Shown one piece after another: positions 51,524 to 64,000 of a DNA stretch of 64,000 bases (position 1 is its first letter; every line of letters begins with the position of its first letter). The notes below the pieces were generated by a model. The model was not told the origin of the DNA. It saw only the letters and a program-made list of their open reading frames with translations, and ran no database searches. Position numbers and translations under genes: made by a program. This stretch comes from Octopus sinensis (Eukaryota), in assembly GCF_006345805.1 (NCBI RefSeq), contig NC_042998.1, forward strand, positions 131,378,001 to 131,442,000, given 5' to 3'.

Positions 51524-52054
51524 AAAGAAAGAGATACATACATACATATGTATATATCTTGTTATACATAAAGGGCATGCCCTGTGGTAGACAGTGCATA
51601 TCTATATTAAGATAGAAGATCAGAAGAGTTAATTGTTAAATGTAAAATGAACTTCAGTTCATTAAAAATTTATAACTTTAAAAAGCATGAAGCTGGGTGT
51701 ATAATTCGAGCTCCAATGTAGCTTAATGCGCAACGGTATTAAAGCTACATGCCACGAGGGAAGCTACAAAATGCATGAAATAACATAAAGGCGGATGGTT
51801 TCAATATTTTTCTTCTGTTTTATAGAATGTGTATTTAGAGTACAGTTTACAACGCATATAGGTTTACATGTGATGAAGACACTCATTCCATATGATAATG
51901 AACATATATGTATATTGACACATACCTCAGACACACGCATACATACATGCATACATACGTACATATATATATAAGTATGTATGTATATATGTGTGTGCAC
52001 TCACACCCATATATTCATGCACACACACACACATATATAAGAAACATATATATA

Positions 52055-52600
52055 TTACTTGTTTCAGTCATTAGGCTATGGCCATACTGGGGCAACACCT
52101 TGGGGGATTGTAGTCGAATGAAACAACTCGAGCACTTATATTTTTAAATACTGGTACTTATTTTAATGGTCATTTTTGCCGAACTGATAAGTTACGGGGA
52201 CGTAAAAGCACCAACACCGGTTGTAAAGCGGTGGATGGGTGGACAACACAGACAAAGACACACACGCTCTTGTCCCTAATTCTCTGCAAGAAAACCTTTT
52301 TTTGCAGGCACTGCCAATTGGGAAGCACTGAGTCTTATTGTTAAGGGGCGAAACTGATTATTATCAATTAGTCGATAACTGATGAAGAATTACGGACCGT
52401 CTGTTTGTCTCCCGTCCGTTTTTACATTCAGTTTACGTTACGTCGTTTGTTTAGACATTTAAAAAAATATTTTTCTGTCTGCCAAATCCATTCACAAGGC
52501 TTTGGTCGGCCCATCGTTATAGTAGAAGACACTAGCCAAGGGTAACACACAGACGGACTGAACCCGAAACAACATGTTTGCAAAGCGAACTTCTTACCGT
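52055..52600 (-). mobile_element. SINE family A with internal insertion
   Basis: Tail 52055-52265, head 52480-52600. Confidence 0.75.
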
Positions 52601-53433
52601 TCGGAGAGAAAGAGAGCATTATTCTTTATTTTATAAAGCTTATCATTAAAATTTACCAGATGTGTTACTATTGAAAGTTGTTTGCCTCGGCCCTTTCGCT
52701 ACCGGACTAAAACTAAGTGACAGATTTAGCCTTGGGTCTTAACTGAATCTCTTATGTTTTGTTGAATGATTTCTTCACAGCGTTTACGATATATTTTAAC
52801 TGGAGTTCAACTTGCAACTAACTGGTTGTAACAACTTTTCTTTTATTGTTCGTTTGTTTTCCAGAAAGATATTACTAAATTGATTGGTCTTATAGCCATG
52901 GGAGCTAAATAGTCTCAACCATTGAGTTTAAAGTACAGGCATTGTTTTAAATATATATATATAAAATTGGGTCATGTCCACAAAACTAAAACTTCGTTTT
53001 ATCTGCTTTTCAAGAACGTACATTTATCTCCTCATAAGGTCTGAATGTCAAAAATCTGATTTTCTTTGTAAATATATGTGTGTGAGTGTTTGTTTGTGTG
53101 TGTGTGTGTTTGTGTATCTGCGTGTGTGTGTGCTCATGCGTAAATGTTCGTCCAATATCATTGTTATTGACATTACTATCAGTTATTCTTGGGGGTATCT
53201 AAAACATATGGACTCTATATAGTTAAGTGCAAGAGGAATTTTACAATATCCAGTTTTTAATACCACCCCCAGTAAGGTTTCACTTATTGGCCCTAGAGGT
53301 CACCACATTTTGTACTATATACTGAATAAATGGGACATTATGACATCTGTACTTTTAGCAAGATTATTAGTGACGAATAACAACACAAAACAGTGATAAA
53401 GAACTACCAGGTGAGAAGTTTACCCTGCGATAA

Positions 53434-55090
<1,657 letters not shown>

Positions 55091-55132
55091 GTCGCGGTCT
55101 ACATATTGAGTGTACAATTTATAGTATTACTA

Positions 55133-55335
55133 AGGCAGCGAGCTGGTAGAAGCGTTAGCACGCCGGGAGAAATGCTAATTGATATTTGGTCTGCCGTTAC
55201 GTTCTGAGTTCTAATTCCTCCGAGGTCGACTTTACCTTTTATCCTTTCGGCGTCGATAAATTAAGGACCAGTTGTGTACTGGGTTCAATCTAATCTAATC
55301 TAATCAAAATTTCGGGCCTTGTGCCTAGAGTAGAC
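55133..55335 (+). mobile_element. SINE family B
   Basis: 'ggcagcgagctggtagaagcgttagcacgccggg...cgttctgagttctaattcc'. Confidence 0.85.
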
Positions 55336-55689
55336 GCGAATATACTCTGTTACTAAACGTACCACACGCACGTTTATGTGCATTTTGATATTCATCAACA
55401 CTTTAGTGTATTTTGCATGAATGTACTCGTATCTGTTTTCTTATCACATATGAAGTTCGTGTACGTTAGTACATACTAGTGTGTATACATATATTTTGCA
55501 TTTCAGTGCGTGCGAGCATGTGTGCGTGCATAGGTCTGTGTGTACGCATGTATGTGCATGCATGATTATATAATCGTTTAGTTCTCATTAACTACAACCA
55601 AATTATTCCACTAGACACTGACAAGTGTCAAAATTAGACAGAAACTTCCTCGACGACTCAACATATTTTTTTTAAACCTGAAAGTAATC

Positions 55690-55789
55690 CTACGAGTTAT
55701 CGACTTTATTATCTCTGTCCTTCGCTGGTTGTAACACCATCACCATAACCAGCCTCATCGTCGTCGTCGTCGTCGTCGTCGTCGTCATT

Positions 55790-55827
<38 letters not shown>

Positions 55828-56303
55828 TATCATCATTATCACCAACAGCATCATCGCTATCATGACCATCAAACCCTTCACAGGCATTCCCCACTTCCAT
55901 CATACCCGCCACCATTAATATCAGCTCCGTGATATTACGATCATCGATACCGTAGTCCTCTATCATCACCATCAGCATAATTATTCCCGGTTCCACCGCC
56001 ACCTACGCCATTATTATCACCATTATCACAACCATGATCATCGCAATCATTTGCCCCTCTTTCCCAATCATCATCATCATCATCATCATCATCAACAGCA
56101 GTAGCAGCAGCGTCTTCATCATCATCATCATCGACATCCACCCGGCATCAACAACATTACCACCACCACCAACAACAACAGCAAAAACAACAATAACAAC
56201 AACAGCAGCAGCAGCAGTAGCAACACTATCAGTATCAGTGTAGATAAAATAAAACAAAGCAACAGTAGCTAGCATTAAATACTACTACTACTACTACTGC
56301 TAG

Positions 56304-56361
<58 letters not shown>

Positions 56362-56375
56362 ACTACTACTACACC
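55690..56375. repeat. Degenerate (ATC/GTC/CAA/CTA)n tracts
   Basis: Direct observation. Confidence 0.85.
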
Positions 56376-56654
56376 GGTTCATAATGAACAATGATGTTCT
56401 TTGTTCTGAGTCAAATGTCTTCATTATGTGCAATAAAGAAATACAGATTGTCCGATGCTGAGTTGATAACCGCCTAATTAAATCCGACAGACATGCTACA
56501 CACCACCACCAGCTCACACACCTTTCTCAACGGTACGATATGTGGCAGCATCTGTTTATGGAATTCTTTTTCACGTGAATTTATGTCCAATCAGAAAGAA
56601 GGGTCGTGATGGGAGTGATGGCAACATTGATAATAATAACGATCCTGTCTTCTG

Positions 56655-56840
56655 GAAGCACAAGGCCTGAAATTTGGGGGAAGGGGTTTAAGTCGATTAC
56701 ATCGACCCCAGTGCGTATAACTGGTACTTGTTTAATAAACACCAAAAGGATGAAAGGCAAAGTTGACCTTCGAGGAATTTGAACTCAGAACGTAACGACG
56801 GGCGAAATACCGCTAAGCACTTCGTCCAACGTGCAAGCGA
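56655..56840 (-). mobile_element. SINE family B, head cut by a TAA array
   Basis: Ends at 'cgtgcaagcga|taataat'. Confidence 0.8.
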
Positions 56841-56940
56841 TAATAATAATAATAATAATAAAATAATACTAATAATATATAATAATAAAATAATAATAAT
56901 AATAATAAAATAATAATAATATAATAATAATATAATAATA

Positions 56941-56975
<35 letters not shown>

Positions 56976-57009
56976 ATAATAAAAAAAATAAAAAAAATAA
57001 AAAATAAAA

Positions 57010-57060
<51 letters not shown>

Positions 57061-57063
<3 letters not shown>

Positions 57064-58140
57064 GCACAGTACGGTTATACAATGTTTGATAAAAATACAA
57101 ATCATCTTATTTACATGGATGATTTAAAGCACTTTGCAAAAAATGACCAACAACTCAAGGGCTTGCTAGCGATTGTTAAACAATTCAGTGATGACATCAG
57201 AATGCAATTTGGCCTCGATAAATGTGCAAAAGCTACCGTTATCAAAGGAAAAATGACAGAAACATCTAACGTTAACCTTGACCAGCAGAATGTCATAATA
57301 GAGTTACAAATACAGCGGAGAGTTACAAATACCTAGGGGTAATTGAAGGGGACGGAATAAGGCATTCAGTGATGAATGTTATCGCAGAGTAAGAGCAATA
57401 CTCAAGACAGAGCTGAATGCGAGAAACAGGATCGAAGCGATCAACGCTTTAGCCATACCAGTCGTGACTTACAGTTTCAATATCGTTAACTGGTCAATTA
57501 CTGAAATATGTAATCTTGACAGAAAAATACGAAAACTGTTGACAATGCATAGAATGCATCACCCTAAGGCTGATATAGAACGATTTTATCTGCCAAGAAA
57601 AGAGGGAGGCCGTGGACTTTTACAACTAGCATTAACAATGAAGATTGCCACAATTGGCCTAAACACCTACCTGAAAAGCTCTGAGAACTGTATGTTAAAA
57701 CTTGTCTCAAAACATGAAAACAAGAAAGCATCATACTCAGTAACAAAACAAGCAAAGGAATATCTAATATCCAAATACAACGAATTCCGGAATTAGACAT
57801 ACGAGAAACAAGCGCAGAAAAAGCTAAGCGCATGAAAACCCGTGCTAAAAAAGGCTGCCTTAGATATTCTGACTGATAAATGGCAAGAAAAACATCTCAA
57901 TGGCAAATACCCGAAGAGAGCGAATAGTGCCGATGTTGACAAAACCCTGACCCATCAATGGCTAATCAACGCCTACCTACGAGGAACTACCAGGCCAACA
58001 TATTAAAGAACGGCAGTAGCCCAACATGTCGTGTATGTCAACAACAAAATGAAACCATTGATCATGTTGTCTCAGTATTTTCACTATATATTCACTGCGC
58101 AATATATTCACTGGGTAATTTGCAAAAGCCTGGAATTGAC
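57061..58140 (+). mobile_element. R4/Dong-like RT and zinc-knuckle fragment
   Basis: NHLIYMDDLK..FGLDKCAK..YKYLG..LKTELNARNRI..YLPRKEGGRGL..CRVCQQQNETIDHVVS; frameshifted; preceded by (TAA)n 56841-57060. Confidence 0.9.
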
Positions 58141-58309
58141 CCATGATTAAAACTGCGCTGTGTTCTGAGTAATATGCAATATTTTGTTGTTTGACATTCT
58201 GCATTCTTCATTTCTTTGTCTATGCGCCTCTTTTTAGTTGATATCCGTGTTTATATCCATCTATCTGTAATTGTGTATATATATATGTATATATATGTGT
58301 GTGTGTATG

Positions 58310-58347
<38 letters not shown>

Positions 58348-59590
58348 TATATACATATATATATATACATGTGTGTGTGAATATATGTGTATATATATAT
58401 GAGCACACATATTTATACACATACACACACACATACATATATACATTAGAGTATATATGTATAAATATATACCCACATGTGTATAGTATATATAACATGT
58501 ACATATATATATGTATATACACACATACACACCCACATATATTCATATATCTATATATACATACATATCATGCATACATCTATGTATGTATACACACACA
58601 CACACACGCATATGTATATATGTATACATATATGCATGCATTTATATATGGGGTGTCTGTGTGTGTACAAGAATGTTCTAAGCTGGCATGTATGGAGCTT
58701 AAGTAGCGATGTTATGAACTTTTAAATTTTGAGATATTTAATTAAATCCTATAATTTAAGTCCTTACACATTTATTAAATATATACCAGAAGTACTGAAT
58801 ACTGTACTGCTTTCCTTTTGCATCCACTTACACGTATAGCATTGTTTGTACGAGCTATATGTGAGCATGCATATGTGCTAATGTATCCATTAAGATGTAT
58901 GTGTAAGAGAGGGGTGGCGAGGAAGAATTTGATTGGAAGTGTATGAATACAGATAAGGATGTCTTCGTTTAAATTTCATTTAAACAAATACATTTTCTCT
59001 CGTTAATAAGTTAATAATAGCTTCACCATTGATTTCGATAAAAATACACACATATGCGTACACATGTTTGTATGTGTGTGTGTGTGCGAACCCACAAAGT
59101 GTGAACAGAAAGGATAACGTGTGTACTCAACACAGCAATTCTATATCAGCAGAACTATATTCTATATTAATTTTGGAAGTTAAAATTCTTTCATCGCTAC
59201 ACTGAGTTTCTTGTGCTCTATTTTTGAGCGTTGTTTAAAGAGATGAAAATATTAGTACATGGAGATAATATTCGAACCTTGATTTTTTTTTTAGAAGTAT
59301 TATGCTTTGTTCTTGAAGAAACTTTTTTCAAAATATACACTGTTAAAGGAAAAATTAAGATTAATGAGTGCGATTCGGGGTGGTAATAGTGAGTGGAAAC
59401 AAAAAGAAAAATAATAATAATAAGTATGAGAAATAACTGTGCGGCCATTTGAGATGAAAACTATGTATATTATCAAAATAAGAATAAGCATGTAGATGAT
59501 TAAATTGCAAAGAAAATATATTCAAGATGTCTATTCCTGTAAGCCTTACAATTAAGAAATATATTAACGCATTCGAAGAAATTTTTTTTT

Positions 59591-59620
<30 letters not shown>

Positions 59621-59621
<1 letters not shown>

Positions 59622-60701
59622 TGTGAGGAGTATTTGGACGCTTAGTTATCAGTATGTTTCTTTAAATCAATGACAATATATGTAGTCCTTGTTGCCTCGT
59701 CGCTGAACCTGAACACAGCGATTTGGAAATTGCCAACATTTTGAGTGCTGCAAGATATGTATGGGATCCAAAACTTCTGGCGGGAATATTTCAACTGTAC
59801 CAAAAATGAACACTCTAAACGTCTGAAGACTTTAAAGACACCGCAATTCATCAGACGGGCTTAAAACTTGGATGGCGATCCCGGAAAATCATTGAGTGCC
59901 ATCACCTAAGACCATCAGGTATCAGAGCGGACTGGTAGAACTGCGTTGCATGAGGACATTCAATTCAAGCCTGAAGAGGACCCAATTTATGTCTGGAATA
60001 ACACAAGGAAACCATGTCAAGCTATTACTTTACGAAGTTAAAATCTCTCACGAATATATGTAAACTTTAACCAAGACCAAAAGTTTTGTGCAGACCCTTC
60101 TGACGTTTCCGAGTGAAACACACTAAGTTTTCAGTAACTGTGATGGATTTAGGAATGGTTATTAACGAAGGTCATTTAATGCCACTCCCAACTTTCCACA
60201 GAGTTTTAAAATTAACGCTGCTCGATACTGTGAGGTGCTAGAAACATTTGTTTAATATGTCGATTGATGTAATGGAAGGCCATGCGTGTTTCAACAGGAT
60301 TCAGCACTTTTTCCAAAACCTAAGATTGGATGTCAGAAAATCTTTATGATCAAGTAACACCGAACATGTACACTGCAAGCATACCAGATTTTTATACCAT
60401 GTGCTACAACGTTTGGAGCGTTGTTGAAAGGGAAACTAGTGGACATCATCACAATATCATAGCTTCACTGAAGGCTGCCATTCTTTAGGTGAGGTCCAAA
60501 ATGTTAGTTCAGGTACGCCAACGATTCTGGTCCGAATTGAAGGAGTCAATGAAGATGTAGACGGATTCATACAATAATCTTGTTTATAAGGAAGTTAGTT
60601 CAGAACATGTGCAAAATTATTTCATTAAAATACATTTGACTTTTTCTAGGTTAGAGTCGTTTTCTGAAATTACTCGATATATCCTCAAATACCTTGCACA
60701 G
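59621..60701 (+). mobile_element. Decayed Tc1/mariner-superfamily transposon (maT / DD37D-like)
   Basis: HSDLEIANIL; GDPGKSLSAI..HEDIQFK; HTKFSVTVMDLGMV.NEGHLMP; CVFQQDSA; VWSVVERET..ASLKAAI; degenerate TIRs CTGTGAGGAGTATTTGG / CCTCAAATACCTTGCACAG. Confidence 0.75.
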
Positions 60702-61417
60702 CTTGTATGTTGGTAGAGTATTTATTAATCTTCATAATATATGTTCATTAATTTTAATGACATACCAATATAAGGGTTATTCTTCTCCAAACCAAATTTT
60801 TAATCAAGCTGAAGAAAAGGGTTTTTTCATCATGTTATTAAACTATTCATCAATAAAAAAAATGCGTTTAAAGCAGTTGTAGTGAAACTTTCATACGTTT
60901 GTGATCTTATTTTATACATACATATATACATACATACATATGTATTATTGTTATACATATATCTATATACATCATATATATATATATTTATGTTATTATT
61001 ATTGTTGTTATTATTTGATACTTATGATTTAAATCTGATTCGACTCCAAACAACTGAAAGTTTCGTAGGTTCCTAGTAGAAACCTGTCTGTGTGGGTGGG
61101 GCTCGGGTAGCCGAATGGAGAGGTTACTCGAAGTCCAAGAGAGCTACCGGAAGCTGGGCTGTTATTAGTCAAGGTGGGTCATATGGTATTATTAGGAGTA
61201 GAACTGAAATTCCAGTGGCATCAACTCCATTAAAAGGGACTATTTATTGGGTAGCGCAGCCGGTCAGAAAGCTGGTGACGCCGCGCTCTCTGGCTACACT
61301 TCGAATGGACTTGAGTGATATAGGATCCTAGGCCGGTGAGAGTGCGTGCGTGTAATTATATCAGCAGTATGAATGCATGGATGTGCGAGTCTCATGCCAA
61401 TACCTATGTATCTACAA

Positions 61418-61463
<46 letters not shown>

Positions 61464-62105
61464 AGTGCGCGTATGCTGGTATGTACAAATGTGTTGTTAC
61501 ACCATAATATTTAACACGTTTGTGTACACTCGAACATTGGAAGAACTTTCGCTGCGGAAATAGCATTAGTAGTAAAACCCACCTCGTAAAAAATATTTCT
61601 GAGAGCACATTGAGCTATTAATAATACAAAAAGATAGTAACATGTGTGTGTTTCTCCGTCGTTAAGCGTAGGTCGATCAATATTTCAGTCAATCTGAATG
61701 AAATATTAAGAGTGTCGCACTTATATTTTGCAATTTATAAAAATCCATCACGAGAAAGTAATTGTAACTGATAAACATTGTCATCGAAGACTATGCACAC
61801 ACACACATGCACACAAGCGTACATACACACACATAGTGTATCTTGTGTATAGAATTAAATGTACACACACACACATATATATATATACATATGAATGTAT
61901 ATGTATACAAGTTTGTAAATATGTACATATAAGCGGGGGAGGGCAGATATATGGGTATTAGTGCACTTTGCGGGTTTTTTTAAATCAATAAGTTAAAATA
62001 TATTTTGTCTTATTCGAAATCACAATTTCATATATTTATTCACACCGATACACATAAACACGCACACTCACACATATATAAATCTATATATATGTATATA
62101 TATAT

Positions 62106-62162
<57 letters not shown>

Positions 62163-62439
62163 GTATATATATAATATATATACATACATATATTATATAT
62201 AATATATAATATAATATATAATATATATATAATATATATAATATATATATATATACATATATACATACATATATCATTATTAGCAGAGATATACACATAC
62301 ATATGTATGTATATTATATACATATGTATCTAAGTTGTATATATACACACACACACACAATTATATATCTGTACATATATACAATGTATGTATGGTATGT
62401 ATGTATGGTATGTGTGTATGGTATGTATGAATGTATATA

Positions 62440-62680
<241 letters not shown>

Positions 62681-63033
62681 GCATTAATTTTCAATAAAGC
62701 AATGCATAAAAATAATCACATTTATGATTTGTATGAAATTACTGACAACGTTTAACTTAATTACATTATAATTTAACACACTAATTACATTTTTTCCTTG
62801 ACGCGTGTCAATCAACAATTTCTCCTTAATATTTCCTTCTGTATTATATAATTATTATTATCATCATTATCTTTAATTACTCATTGACATTCTGCCTCAA
62901 TGTAACAGGTTGTTAATTTCAGAAGCATCAGAGAATAATTTCGAATCTCAGCATTATATTACATGTCAGTGTGTGTGTGTGCGCGTGTGTGTGTGTGTGT
63001 GTTTATGTGTGTGTGAGTGTGTGTATGCATACA

Positions 63034-63074
<41 letters not shown>

Positions 63075-63721
63075 TCTATATATATATATATACGCATATA
63101 TATATGTATGTAAACATATATATGCATGTATTTGTATATATTTGAGTGTATATATATGTATATAGATATATATGAATATATGTATTCATATATATGGATA
63201 TATATTTTAATGTTCATATATATATATATATATATATACATTATATATGTACACATATATCTTCACATATATATATAAATGGATAAATATATATATATAT
63301 ATATTCATATATATAAATATATATCAATATGTGTTGTGTATATATATGTATATATATGTGTGTGTATCACTATGGTTTCAAGATTGGGTTACAAGTAGCG
63401 TTTTACACGCTATTATTTTTCTAACGATTGTGGTGTGACACACTACATTCTGCTTAAAATTTATATTTTGATTCTATGAGTTCTATTGAGCGTTGCATTA
63501 AATTATCTACTAAATAAATCGAACCTATCCTACAAGCAGTCCATACATACCTATATGCACACTTACATTAACTTGTGATCTAGTAACGGGATGATCTAGT
63601 GCAATATACTGTATCGTCTTTAGACTAGATAGAATGGGGATGTACCATGTTGGTCTGGTGTTCATTCCTGAACAGTTACGGAATCGGAGTCTCGAATATT
63701 TCGGACACACTAAAATAAGAA

Positions 63722-64000
63722 TAATTGGCACTTCGTCAGTTCCGACGATGAGGGTTGTAGTTGATCTGCTGAATGGAACAGCCTGCTCGTGAAATTAACG
63801 TGCTAATGGCTAAGCACTCCACACACACACACACACACACACACCCTTAACGTACTTTTCAGACAAATTCAGCTTGACACCAAATGTGACAAGGCTGACC
63901 TTTTGAATTACAGGTACACCTGATGTTTAACAGTTGAATGGACTGGATCAACCTGAAATGAAGAGTCATACTCGAGGACACAATGCGGTGCCAAGAATCG
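63722..64000 (-). mobile_element. SINE family C
   Basis: Reverse complement of the 14878-15180 body ('gttgatctgctgaatggaacagcctgctcgtgaaattaacgtg'). Confidence 0.8.

Noticed and set aside
51717-51750. Hairpin ATGTAGCTTAATGC..GTATTAAAGCTACAT as a Helitron end or terminator
   Set aside because: No CTAG/CTRR downstream and no other support; short AT-rich hairpins are common
59820-59865. CTGAAGA...TCATCAG as hammerhead cores
   Set aside because: No downstream GAAA or stem III, and the sequence is explained as transposase coding DNA

Overview
AT-rich eukaryotic genomic DNA, inferred to be cephalopod (Octopus-like) from its SINE and microsatellite content. It holds no intact, recognisable protein-coding gene, and nearly all ORFs in the supplied track are translations of microsatellites. 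The window consists of (TA)n/(CA)n/(GATA)n/(TAA)n/(GGT)n tracts and many tRNA-derived SINEs. It also has degenerate LINE fragments (R4/Dong-like RLE elements sitting in TAA arrays, RTE, Tx1/L1, CR1/L2), a decayed maT/mariner-type transposon, non-autonomous Helitrons and a decayed 18S rRNA fragment. The most notable signal is about 14 minimal type-I hammerhead ribozyme (HHR) motifs in five sequence families, carried by short, often palindromic, Penelope-like non-autonomous elements. One 277-bp double-hammerhead hairpin has a 7-bp target-site duplication inside an RTE ORF. Several families carry recurrent non-canonical cores (CCGACGA, CUGUCGA). A few candidate host exons and a candidate promoter with paired IRF-type sites are reported at low to moderate confidence. 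All identifications are by eye; no searches were run.
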